A DNA stretch of 64,000 nucleotides from Octopus bimaculoides (lineage: Eukaryota), in contig NC_068986.1 of assembly GCF_001194135.2 (NCBI RefSeq), forward strand, positions 25,461,884 through 25,525,883, in the 5' to 3' direction. Positions 38,535 through 51,458 of the stretch are shown piece after piece (within the stretch, counting starts at the first letter, position 1; every line of letters starts with the position of its first letter). The position numbers were made by a program, and so were the translations under genes. The notes under the pieces were generated by a model that did not search any database, had not been told where the DNA came from, and was given only the letters and a program-made list of their open reading frames with translations.

Positions 38535-39076
38535 ACAGATATTTATTCATATCGTCATCATCATTTAATGGTCATCTTCTGTGCTGGCAAGGCTTGGACA
38601 ATTTGACAAGATCCAGTGGACCAGAAGACTGGATTGAGCTCCAATGTTCGCTTTGGTATGGTTTCTATAGTTGAATGCCCTTTCAAATACTAACCATGCT
38701 ACAGTGTATTGAGTGGTTTTATTGTGACACTGACAATAGCAAGGCCTCTGAATAACTTGCAAGACAGAAAAAAAACAACCAAAAAAAAAGGTCCCTTGAT
38801 TTAGTAGTAGAGGGTAATGTGGTTTTATGTCAGGTTTTGAGATGCCAAAGAGGGACAAGTACAGGCCTCTTGTTATAGAAGAGATACATGACTACCCTGC
38901 ACACACACACACATTTGCATGTGCATGCGCATGTATGTAAGTATATGCATACAAACAGTTTTTATAGTTTCTGGCCTTCAAATTTCATTCACATAGTATA
39001 AGGGCCAACGTACCATGTTGTAAGATTGAACCTGAAATCACATAGATATTAAGCAAATTACTTAACCACAAAGTTA

Positions 39077-39115
<39 letters not shown>

Positions 39116-40390
39116 GTGTATACACACATGTAATATAACACATATATGTATGAACACTCACACGCACATACATATACACATATATATATATCTATAGACA
39201 CACACATACACATACGTACATGTATATACATATATGCATGCACATGCACACTCACACACACACACACACACTATAGGCTACAGGTCCACTGTCCTTTTAC
39301 CAAATTCCACTCATAATATGACTCAGTTTTAGCTTTTTATTATTAAACTTTGTTTTTTCTTTTTTCTCTTTTCTATTTTCATGTATGTTATTGGTCCTTT
39401 ATATTTTGTTTGAATCAGTAAATATATAAAGAAAATCTATTGAAGTTTGTAGACCAACCCAGTTTTATATAGTCTAAATGAAATCATTTTAGCATCAGTT
39501 GTTTTTGATGCTCCTGCATTGCAGTTGATCATCATGGGAAAACCATTATGACTGTTTCAAATTGATTATCGCTAGATTCTTCAAACATTCTGTCTGTTTG
39601 GTGTTAGTTCTCTTTCAACAATGAGGCAATAGTTTAACCTTGGCATCTGGTGCTATTTTAATACTAGGCTGCACTATTTTTGGTGTTGACTTTCTATCCT
39701 TATGTTTTGCCATTCAGTATATATCTTCCATGATGAATCATAGACCTTCCATAACTGTCTCTCCAAAATGATTACCCTGTGTAAAACGATTTTTGTTCTT
39801 GAGTAGCAACTGTTATTTTACTATTTGCCTACCGCAAGAAAGTATGAAAAATTGCTAATATTTTCTTCAAACTTTGCTTTTACGATATTTATTTAAACCC
39901 CAAAGACTCCCTCCCAATATATGGCTATAGTGCTTCAGATGCACATATTGTCAACCACTAAGGGACATGTTCAAGTGGTCATAGTCAAGCAAGTGACAAG
40001 CAAATCTGCAGTTTTGAGCAGAATATTTGCAATAATGATATTTCTGCTTCAGCAACTCAGCACTGAGTCTGTCTGAAATGTAATGGAAAATAGGTAAGTT
40101 TCAAAATATTGATGTCCAGGCCACAAAAGCCAGGAATAGTAATTTCCTTTGATTTCTAGATAGAAGCAAATTGGAAATAGCACTTACTCTCTTTTTTACT
40201 CATTTCTTGTTACAGTCATTTCACTGTGGCCATGCTGGAGCACCGCCATTAGTCGAGCAAATTGACCCTAGGACTTGTTCTTTGTAAGCCTAGTACTTAT
40301 TCTATCAGTCTCTTTTGCCGAACCACTAAGTTACGGGGATGTAAACACACCACCATCGGTTGTCAAGCGATGTTGGGGGGACAAACACAG

Positions 40391-40431
<41 letters not shown>

Positions 40432-42063
40432 CGACAGGCTTCTTTCAGTTTCCGTCTACCAAATCCAAATCTTATATGGACCTCACCGAGGGCCCTATGA
40501 ATAATAATGTTCTTTTATATATATATTTAAAATATATAATATATATGTATATAAAATGATTTCACTAAGATAGAGCGATATTAATAATCAGTTGTTAGAA
40601 CTCAGTATACTTATGCTTTAGAATTAAAGTGTTAGGCATGTTTGGAGTGTAATATCAGTTAATGATTTTTAATGGCTCTGATGAAGGTACTGTGTGTTGC
40701 ATAGGCACTCAGCTCTGAGTGCATTGCTTCTTATAGCAGAAACAACTGTAAGCTAATGAAGGTGACTGCATAAATCTTGTTCTTTTGACATTCATTAATT
40801 GATATTACACACAGACATGCATACACACACTCTCTCTTTTTTTTCTCTTTCACACTCTCTCTTTCACACTCTCTCTGTCTCTCTATTTCTTTATCTCTTT
40901 CTCATACAAACACACACATCTGCAATATATATAATAGCAGATGCCGGCTATCAGTCATAATGATAGCCATCACCTCACATATACACAACTGATAAGCTTG
41001 CACTTTAGTAATGAATGGCTGAATCAACAATAGACTACTGGAGTTTCAATTTCATCTCTTTTGATTTTAAGTTAAAAATATACTTGGCTGATGAAATGCT
41101 AGAGCAGCAAAATCTTTCTCAATCACACCCTAACAAATTAAAGACTCTCTGCATGAGCTAAAAATGCTAGATAGGACAGCCAAATCTTCCTCAGTCACAC
41201 CCTACTGTCTTAAAAAAAAAAAGAAGAATTCTGACATTGGATGGTCACAATTAAAAGGCTTTTTATCATAAGATTGCTTGATCAAATAGCTACAAATCCT
41301 GGAGTCAACCAATGCCTTGTAAGTGTGTTTGCCAGACAGAAAGTGAAAGGAGCTTAAAGTTAAAATCCACACTGTCTGGACTTTTAAGCTAGCTCCTGTG
41401 GAGAGCTAATTGGGCCTTTGGCCCCAAATAAAAAGACCAATAATAATAAAGCATTTATTGGTACCCTACCAATATGGTATTCTTCTAACAATGTGGTGTT
41501 ACTTTAAATTCAGTTTAAGTTTTAAAAAGTTGTAAGTTCACAAATTTTTGGAGTTCTTTTAAAATTTGAATTTTCAACTGTTAGCCTATAACATATCCTC
41601 ATCCAGAGCTGATCCCAATGCTGGATGTTCAAGAACCAAATGAAGGCAGATTTTCAATCTTGGTTCCAAAACGGTATAATATGTCAATGTAGAGCAAATG
41701 TAGACTGAGATACAAGAGTCTCGAATGGACAGAATTTCGCATTTATTATTATTGACGAAAACATAAGGAAAATAAATACTTGGAAACAGGTGAGGGTTGG
41801 TGACAGGAAATGCATCTAGCCAGAGAAAGTCTGCTTCAACAAATTCCATTTGACCCATGAAAGTGTGGAAAAGTATACGTTAAAATGATGAAAGCTGTGT
41901 GGTTAAGAAGTTTGCTTTGTAACCTCTTGGTTTCAGGTTACTTATCTACCATAGCGCTGGACTGATCGATGCCTTATGAGACGAAGTGGTTGGTAGAAAT
42001 TTGCATGGGAGACCTTTGCATATATATATATATGTATATATATGTATTAAGCACAAGCATTGA

Positions 42064-43458
42064 TGTGTGGTAAGAAGCTTGCTTCCCAACCACATGGCTC
42101 TGGCTTCAGTCCCACTGCGTGGCACTCTGGGCAATTGTCTTGTACTATAGCCTCAAGCCTTGTGAGTGGATTTGGTAGACAGAAACTGAGAAAAGCCCAT
42201 CACACACACACACACACACATATATATATGTATGTATATATTTGTGTGTATGTTTGTCCCAATACCATAGCTTGACAACTGATGTTGGTGTGCTTACATC
42301 CCCTTAACTTAGTGGTTCGGCAAAAAAGACTGATAGAATAGGTACTAGGCTTACAAAGAATAAGTCCTAGGGTTGATTTGTTCGACTAAAGACGGTGCTC
42401 CATCATGGCCACAGTCAAATGACTGAAACAAGTCACAAAAATGTATGTGTATATGTGCATGCTCAGATGTTACCATCTGAGCAAAATGATGATATGATGT
42501 TTGCATTCCTTATCAACATTATGACTGACTTTTCTGCACTTTCAAAGTCCCTGGAGAATAAAAAAAACAAAAAAAAAAACCTTTCTTGAAGAACCAGTGA
42601 GGAGTGATAACAGGAATAGCATCCAGGTGTGAAATGTCTGAAATAAGTTCCCACCTAACCGATGCTGGTATGGAAAAACAGATGTCATAAACTAATGAAG
42701 AAATGATGTGGGAAAATAAAAGTGCTAAAATTACTGAACATAAATTTATTCATTCGTACCAAGATATTTTCTTCTACTTTCTTCCTTTTCTTCTTTCTTT
42801 TTTCCTATTTAACAAAAATCAATGCAGTAAACTGTAAATTTGTTTTTATATATAAGTTATACAAATATCAAGGTTTCTAAACTGTGTCTCCTAACAAACT
42901 TGAACCATTTCTCTGTTATTGATTAAGAGTTTGAGTCAGTCTTTTTCTTTTTTTTTTTCTGTTTAAACATCAGTTCTTCATAATAGTAACCATGGAAAAA
43001 AAAAATTACCAAATTTACATTTCTGTTTGCTTTAAATTCATTAACAATTTAATTTTACTCTTTTACTTTTTTACTTGTTTCAGTCATTTTGACTGCGGCC
43101 ATACTGAAGCACTGCCTTTAGTCGAACTAATCGACCCCAGGGCTTATTCTTTGTAAGCCAAGGACTTATTCTATCAATCACTTTTGCCAAACCGCTAAGT
43201 TACAGCGAAGTAAACACACCAACACCTGTTGTCAAGTGATAAAGCGGGGACAAACACAGACACACAAATACATACACATATATTTATATGTATATGACAG
43301 GCTTCTTTCAGTTTCCATCTACAAAATCCACTCACAAGGCTTTGGTCAGCCTGAAGCTATAGTAGAAGATACTTTGCCCAAGGTGCCATGCTGTGGGACT
43401 GAACCCGGAACCATGTGGTTGGGAAAGCAAGCTTCTTACCACATGCCATGCCTGCGCC
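42064..43458. mobile_element. Tail-to-tail inverted family A SINE pair (+ about 42064-42432; - about 43057-43458)
   Basis: Both match the family A consensus; about 620 bp spacer. Confidence 0.75.
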
Positions 43459-44829
43459 TGATAAAAAATAAAGTAACAAATAGAGAAGTTATTGAAAGTT
43501 AATTCTTGTGATGATACTAAATATCAAAATTCAACTGTATGTTAAGTTTTCTTTTTTGTTATCATGGTTATTAATACTGTTGTAGTGTCCCTCAGAGCTA
43601 TGGTTGAGATCTGCTGGATTAAACACTACAAGGTAGTGCCCCAGCAAGGCCAACAAATAAAAGAATTGGTCATGCTGGTCCAACATGGCCAATTGTGTTC
43701 TGCTTGTATTAGTTTAATGAGTAAAGCATATAAAAGAGTAAACAGGTGTTGTGTACCTTGGGCTATATTACCCAGTGTGTTGTCCTCCTTTATCAATTTC
43801 AAGATATCAGGGGTGAGTGTGTGTGATTTTGGGGAGATTTTTGCTGTTATTTCTAGCATGCCAACTGGTTGACCATGCAGAGGCTCCCTCCCTGGTTGGC
43901 TATTTTCGTTGTTTATTTAGCGATCGTAACAGACTCTTTGATTCCCTTTAGAATAAATATCACATGCAGTCTGAGTACACACACAGTGGTCTCTGTTGAC
44001 ACGGGACTATTTTTTACATGCAGCAGATACACACAGTCCTAGCTAACCCCTAGCCCCCTCCCATCACCTTCGTTGGTTGTTTCCGGAAGACTGCTGACAT
44101 TTTCTTTTGTATCTTGAAAGCAGCTATGTGTAAACAACAATGTCAATGGATGATGGTGGTGGAGGTGGTGGTGGCAACGGAGGTGGATGGGTGGTAATTA
44201 ATCACCTCACATTCCTCAAGCAGGTCACACTGAACCTACCCAGTTTGCTGTGTACAATGGCAATTTTGATCAATTAATATTACTTTAGAATTCTGAATTA
44301 GTGAGGGAAGATCCAAACTCAGAAATCTTACTAATAATTTCAATGTAGGTTTACAGTACAGGATTAGATAATGAGAGGATTAGATAATGGTTTATTCATC
44401 ACAAGATCATTAGATAAAATCTTTGTATTATATCCTCAGGTAATCAACCCTTGTTTATTATTTTAGTTCATTTAGGAGAAAAGTATTACATATGATCCTT
44501 TCCAGGGTTCCAGATTTGTGGAGTGGAAAGACGGATTTTATCTGCAGTGTGAACATTTGGTTCAAATACTTGCTACAGATAGGAAACTACTGAAGGCCCA
44601 CTAGGACCAGATGATGGTGTTGATCCAGATGATGGTGTTGATCCAGATGATGGATTAGGGTCTACCCCCAAGAAGGGTTTTGTGCTTTCATATTGTATCT
44701 CCATCTTAAAATCTCACTCAAAAAGTTTTGGTTGACCATGGGGTTAGAATACATTTCCCAGGGTTCTGTGTAGCAGGATTGATCCTGAAAAAGTGAGTTG
44801 CAAAGTGAATTTCTTAAACCTTAGATTCA

Positions 44830-45100
44830 TGTCCATACCAACAGCCATGTTTTCACTTATAGCCTTGCCAGCACTTATAAATATGCCTTCACCAATAGTC
44901 ATGTCTACACTCAGCCATGCCCTCACTCATAGTAATGTCTTCACCTATAGCCTTGCCTGCACTCATAGATATGTCCTCATCCAGAGTCATGTCTGCTCTC
45001 AGCCCTGCCCTCACTCATAGCTATACTCCCATCCCTTGCCATATTCATACCCACTGGCATTCCCTCACCCATAGCAATGTCTGCTTCCATAGCTATCTAG
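44830..45100. repeat. Degenerate 88-bp-period tandem repeat with hexamer substructure
   Basis: tatagccttgcc at 44858 and 44946; gtcatgtct at 44898 and 44986 (both 88 bp apart). Confidence 0.7.
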
Positions 45101-45452
45101 CATACCCTTAACTGTTCTTGAACTCATTAATTTGAAAGCTCAATTTCTTTTGGTTTTTATCTTTTTTTGTAATGTTTGCATGTGTAGGATAATATTTCAG
45201 AGAAGTAAAAGACCTTACCAGTGTTGGTGCCATGTAAAAAAAGCATCCAGTCTGTTCTGTAAAGTGGTTGGCATTAGGAAGGGCAGCCTGCTGTAAAAGC
45301 CATGCCAAAATAGAGAGTGAAGCTTGGTGCAGTCCTCTGGCTTGCCAACTCCTGTCAAATTGTCCAACCCATGCCAGCATGGAAGACGGATGTTAAATTA
45401 TGATGATGATGTTGATGAAAAGAAGGATTTGTTTTTAAAGATTTAGAAAAAT

Positions 45453-45825
45453 GTTTTGTTGGCACTCTGTCACTTACGATGTTGAGGGTTCCAATTGATC
45501 CGATCAACAGAACAGCCTGCTCGTGAAATTAACGTGCAAGTGGCTGAGCATTCCACAGACACGTGTACCCTTAACGTAGTTCTCAGGGATATTCAGCGTG
45601 ACACAGTGTGACAAGGCTGGCCCTTTGAAATAGAGGTACAACAGAAACAGGAAGAAAGAGTGAGAGAAAGTTGTGATGAAAGAGTACACCATCCCCTGCT
45701 GGAGCCATGTGGAACTTTAGGTGTTTTCGCTCAATAAACACTCACAATGCCCAGTCTGGGAATCGAAACCGCGATCCTATGACCGTGAGTCCGCTGTCCT
45801 AACTACTGGGCCATTGCGCCTCCAC
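45453..45825 (-). mobile_element. Full-length tRNA-derived SINE (family D), inverted relative to the 60975 copy
   Basis: Reverse complement of the 60975-61359 element; 11-bp TSD tttagaaaaat (45442-52 / 45826-36). A 3' fragment also occurs at about 58630-58735. Confidence 0.85.
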
Positions 45826-46229
45826 TTTAGAAAAATATTTACACATTAAATTACAAATAATGTAGGTTTAAATTATTAAATTTACTTTTTTTTTTTTGTA
45901 CTATTGATTATTCAAAATCTTGTTCTAGAAATGTTTACCAAAAAATATAAAACACAAAGAAACAAAACTAACATTAACATTTCTGTGAGCCCTCTAGAAA
46001 TTACATACAGTTCCATTAAGAAGAAAACAAGGCATTTTAAAAATATTTAATTAATCAGAGCATGAATGGAAGCTGCATATCTCATGTGGAACTAAGTGTT
46101 TTCTTCACTCATCTAAAATTCCAGGCTTTAAGTCTAGCATAATGATGTTTCTTGATATCTGTAAATTTCTTATAACCAGAAACCTATGTTTATAATGATT
46201 ATACATACATGTTATATATGTATGTATGT

Positions 46230-47060
46230 ATATCATCATCCTCATCGTCATCATCATTTAGCATCTGTTTTCCATGCTGGCATGGGTTGGACGGTTTGAC
46301 TGGAACTGGTAAGCTGGAGAACTGCACCAAGTTTCAATCTGATTTGGCGTGGTTCCTATGGCTGGATGCCCTTCCTAATGCCAACCACTCCAAGAGTGTA
46401 ATGGGTGTTTTTCACATGCCACTGGCACGGGTGCCAGTTACGTGACACTGGTATCAGCCACAACTGTGCTTTCACTTGGCTTGATGAGTCTTCTCAAGCA
46501 TAGCATATTGCCAACGGTCTCAGTCACATGACATCACCTACGTGTGGCCCAACATTCAAAGGGTGCTTTTTACGTGCCACCAGCACATTGATTATTTAGC
46601 CCTTGGGCAGGGGACCAATTCACATGATATCGTGCCATGCCCACCACATAAATGTGTGACACATGTCTAGAGGCAAGCCTATCTCTGAGTCTTGTATGCC
46701 TTAAGCCTCAATACTAGGAACCTTAAAAGGTAATGTCACCTCGGGCCAGATGTACCTGAGGGTAATCATCATTTAACGTCCGCTTTCCATGCTAGCATGG
46801 GTTGGACGATTTGACTAGGGACTGGCAAACCAGATGGCTACACAAGACTCCAATCTGATCTGGCAGAGTTTCTACAGCTGAATGCCCTTCCTAACACCAA
46901 CCACTCCGAGAATGTGGTGGGTGCTTTTTACGTGCCACCAGCACAAGGGCCAGTCTAGCAGTACTGGCAACGGCCACGCTCAAATGGTGTTTTTTTACGT
47001 GCCACCTGCACAGGAGTCAGTCCAGTGTTTTGTTCACATGCCACCGGCACGAGGCTCCCT
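46230..47060 (-). mobile_element. Two RTE-LINE 3'-tail elements (about 46230-46590 and 46766-47060)
   Basis: (cat)n-ttaacgtccgctttccatgctagcatgggttggacg..ggatgcccttcctaa..gtgctttttacgtgccacc, shared with the 58740 RTE 3' UTR. Further copies at about 1-140, 5341-5575, 9900-10091, 26900-27040, 38545-38790, 45190-45415, 55150-55560 and 61925-62010. Confidence 0.7.
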
Positions 47061-47776
47061 TAAATTCCTGAATTGTCAAATTGGAACCTCATTGCTGGTT
47101 GCAGTTACATAACAACATAGAGATTATTCCTTTATCATAACTAAACACTCTGATGCTTATTTTGGTCATGCAAGAATGAAAAAATATGCTAGCAGACAAT
47201 ATATTTTTGAATCTATATATTGAAGAATATATAGAAAGAATACAACAGACTAATGATACGAGGATGAAATTTAACGGTCAATACTTGTAATTACATAAAC
47301 AAACCAACTTACAGACAAATATTGATGTATTTCTATGAATATATTAAAGATTGCGAAGATTATAAAAATAGGGAAGAATATGAATTGGTGTAAACTAAAA
47401 AATATATAAAAAAAACATCAGTGGTGTTTGTAAGTGTATGTGCTTGTACATGAACATGTGTTTGTGTATATAAACACACGCATACATATTGTTAATTGGC
47501 AGAAAGAAGTAACAAAGTCAAGAGCAGAGAATTTTGCCTATGTATGAAACTGTTAGCCCTTGAGTCATTCTGTGTCTTCTGTCAATAAACTATACACACA
47601 CACACAACGTAGATATTTTAAAATTTTGTATTCATATAGAGTTTGACGAGCTATCCACAAAGCTTTGGCTTTGTGGGTGTGAATCTTTGGGTAACTCTAC
47701 ATAAAATTTAGTTGTAATAATTACTGATCTATTATTTGGAGCATGCTTCTTTCTGATATATGTTTTTTATTAACTC

Positions 47777-47830
<54 letters not shown>

Positions 47831-47834
47831 TATA

Positions 47835-48477
47835 TAGGATGCAATGGGTAAATTGTCACCATTTTATATTTTTAATTTCACGTATGCAAATTGTTTGTTT
47901 TTGATTTTGTTGACTACACAGTATTGTAGGGTCAGTTTGGCACCATCTGTGAGAAAAACAGCACCATGATGCAATTCACTCTGCCAGAAATCTGGAGGAG
48001 GTAATGTTGCCTTGGGTCATGAGGGTGGCTGCTGGAAGACCCTATGTGTAGCAACAGGACCCTGCACCATACCACACAAGCAAGAGAACCCAGTCATGGC
48101 TATCAGACAATTTCTGTGACCACATCTCCCCTAACATCTGGCCACCTAACTCCCCACACTGCAATCCCCTTGGTTATTATGTGTGGGGTGCAGTTGAGCG
48201 AGAGACCAACAAAACTCCTTCTAACACCAAAGATGAACTGAAGGCAAGGATTATGGCAGCATTCACCAACTTAAACAGAGAGACCATCCAGAAGAGTTGT
48301 AGGCGATTCTGAAGTCATCTGGAGGCCATGGTTGAAGCCAATGGCGATTTTATTGAATAAATTTATTCTTTAGTATTTCAAGATATTTTTATGTAATTTT
48401 GGTAGATATATCTGTTAAAATGAGATGTTATTTTCATTTGTGTGTAGTATAGGTAACAATATATTCACCACAACCTG
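47835..48477 (+). mobile_element. Internally deleted Tc1/mariner-superfamily (maT, DD37D-type) transposon with transposase pseudogene
   Basis: 47995-48360 translates EEVMLPWVMRVAAGRPYV*QQDPAPYHTSKRTQSWLSDNFCDHISPNIWPPNSPHCNPLGYYVWGAVERETNKTPSNTKDELKARIMAAFTNLNRETIQKSCRRF*SHLEAMVEANGDFIE* (two stops). 37 residues lie between the QQD aspartate and the NPL(D>G)Y position. Imperfect TIRs taggatgcaatgggtaaattgtcacc / ggtaacaatatattcaccacaacctg, flanked by TA. Confidence 0.85.
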
Positions 48478-49290
48478 TATATATATAGTTCATTTAAAAA
48501 TGAAATTTATCTCATGACTCTAGTTTTATGCTCTCTGATCTTCATGTGTGTGTGTGTGTGTGTGTGTCGACAGGGTACAATGACAAAATGAAAACAATAA
48601 AACTGCATGAATTGAATCATCCTCTCATGAAATAGTCAATATAACAGGTTGTTGTTCCTCTAACAAAGCATGCTTTGTGTTGTTCTCTCTCTCTCCTGAC
48701 CCCGTGACTCAGCAGACACATACATGTACCTCTCCTTTCAGTCATCCCCCTTTTCCTTAAAATGGTGTTTCCTCTCTTTTGTTTCAGTTCAATAATACAA
48801 ATCTGTCAGGTTTTATTGTCCCATGCTCTAGAGTTGTTCTCTCTTATGTTTGGATTTCATTGAGTGGTCTTCTCTATTTGCATTTCAGTTCATTTTCTTT
48901 GTGCTTGTGTGTGTGTGTGTGTGGTTTTTGTCTCTAGTTACCCTTGGCATCAGTAATAGTTTTCTTAGCATGCATAGCAAGCAAAGCTATACCTTGGTAG
49001 ATCACATTCTATTCTAGTGGAGGCTTCTCCCTCTCATACTTCCTCTCCTATAAACGAACTAGCATTAACCCTCTCATGACAATATTCCGAATGACTGCTG
49101 CCTTTGTACTAATCAAGAATTTTGGACCATTTAGTTAAACAGTCATTTTTTTTCTGTTATAAAGTTGACATCAGGCGGAACTTAACGTAAACAGTCCTTA
49201 CTGAAAATTGGTGGAAGATTTTAATTTAACCCTTTTGTTTTCATATTTTTGTTGCTATACACTACCTTTATTTCAACTGATTTTAGAAAT

Positions 49291-49492
49291 ACTCTTTTAC
49301 TTGTTTCAGTCATTTGACTGTGGCCATGCTGGAGCGCCGCCTTTAGTCGAGCAAATCGACCCCAGGACTTATTCTTTGTAAGCCTAGTACTTATTCTATC
49401 GGTCACTTTTGCCGAACCGCTCAGTTACGAGGACGTAAACACACCAGCATCGGTTGTCAAGCGATGTTGGGGGGACAAACACAGACACACAA

Positions 49493-49539
<47 letters not shown>

Positions 49540-49701
49540 CATATATACGACAGGCTTCTTTCAGTTTCGGTCTACCAAATCCACTCACAAGGCTTTGGTC
49601 AGCCCGAGGCTATAGCAGAAGACACTTGCCCAAGGTGCCACGCAATGGGACTGAACCTGGAACCATGTGGTTGGTAAGCAAGCTACATAACACACAGCCA
49701 C
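49291..49701 (-). mobile_element. Family A SINE (minus strand)
   Basis: Reverse complement of the family A consensus; interrupts the inner TTAA-MITE. Confidence 0.9.
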
Positions 49702-50054
49702 GAATAATTTAGTTAAATAATTTTGTTAATTAACCAATTAACTCATCATTTGTTTGATTAATCTATCAGCTAGATTTGTCAAAGTTATTTTGTTTCCCAG
49801 ACAGACCAGAAACAAACTTGGAATAGAGAAGGCATGTCATTGGTGATGTTGCAGATGGCGGTGAAAGGACTTTGACAAACCTAGTTAATTTTGTCATTAT
49901 TAAGATGCTGTGTGAAATTTAAATTAACATGAAATTTTGATGGGAAAATATAATTTAGATAATTTTTAAAACAGGAAGTTGTTGTCAAAGAACCAAGGAT
50001 GAACTGGTAATTAAAAAGGGTTAAATATGAATAATTTGAAACAATAATTTTCTT

Positions 50055-50460
50055 GGAGTGGCTGTGTGGTAAGCAGCTTGCTTACCGACCACATGGTTCC
50101 AGGTTCATTCCCACTGCGTGGTACCTTGGGCAAGTGTCTTCTACTATAGCCTTGGTCCGACCAAAGCCTTGTGAGTGGATTTGGTAGACGGAAACTGAAA
50201 GAAGCCTGTCGTATATATGTATATATATATATATGTATGTGTGTGTATATGTTTGTGTCTGTGTCCCCCCAACATCGCTTGACAATCGACGGTGGTGTGT
50301 TTAGGTCCCCGTAACTTAGCGGTTCGGCAAAAAGAGATCGATAGAATAAGTACTAGGCATCCAAAGAATAAGTCCTGGGGTCGATTTGCTCGACTAAAGG
50401 CGGTGCTCCAGCATGGCCACAGTCAAATGACTGAAACAAGTAAAAGAGAGTAAAAGAGAG
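50055..50460 (+). mobile_element. Family A SINE (plus strand)
   Basis: Full-length family A copy; interrupts the outer TTAA-MITE. Confidence 0.9.
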
Positions 50461-51402
50461 TATCATAGAGTCAGAAATAGTCTCAGATGGATTGGTAACA
50501 AAAGGGTTAAGTTTTATGAATTCTTGCAATTTAGAAAATGCTGCAACTATTTTGAGGCAGAACAAAAAGTCAAATAAGGCTGATTTCAGAACGATTTTTT
50601 AAAAACTCTTTATGACTCATTGTAGATGTTCAGCAAATTTTTTTTCCTTCTTTGGTATTGTTCTTTATTCTTTGTTTGGAATGTTTTATTTCTCCTTATT
50701 GGGTAGGTAGTTTTACGTGTATTATTATTGACCTTTATTAGGTGGCTTTCTTGTGTCAATATTGACCTTAGTCAGAGACAAACATTTGTAAAATGTCCTG
50801 TATTTTAATAGTTACACAGCTGAAAGGCTGACAAAAAAATCACGTGTTTTGGAGTTACAGCATTATAGAGAGTTGATCTGATTTAGAATAGGTTGGCGTC
50901 TTTCAGTTGTATGTAATTGAGCAAAAACCCATCTGACGAGAAATGAAGAATAAACTTTGAGACACTTTTATTGGTGTTGTCAATGCTGATGATGATGATG
51001 ACAAAAATGGTGATGATAATGATGATGATGGGGGTGATAGCAATGATGATGATGTTGACAAAACTTGAACGACATTTCCTTTTTAGGGGTGGGTTATATA
51101 ATGTCAATTCTCCCACGCATGCAAATAGGTTCTAATTCCATCTTCAAAATCTAAACATCGCAGTGAGTGAAATTCTTGAAGCTAAAAGTAGGAAATGCTG
51201 AAATGAAAGCTTTGCAACATTTGTGACAACTTAGATATTGAAAATTACACTAGACATTTTTCCCATCCATATATAGATACATTTATATAAATGAACATTA
51301 AACGATGATGATGATGATGATATATATATATATATATGAAATAAATTCAAAAACGGGGATATATATATATAAATGAACGTTAAACAATGATGATGATGTT
51401 GA

Positions 51403-51458
<56 letters not shown>

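Larger units (their letters stand above)
49069..50506. mobile_element. Nested TTAA-MITEs (outer 49069-50506, inner 49230-50020), each interrupted by a SINE
   Basis: TTAA-CCC left ends at 49065 and 49226; GGG-TTAA right ends at 50020 and 50506. Removing the inserts restores a sequence collinear with the 7466-7685 MITE (ggtggaagattttaatt...tatcatagag..cagaa..ggattggtaacaaaaggg). Confidence 0.7.

Noticed and set aside
50930-50975. CTGACGA as another hammerhead core
   Set aside because: No pairing stem II followed by GAAA and UH.
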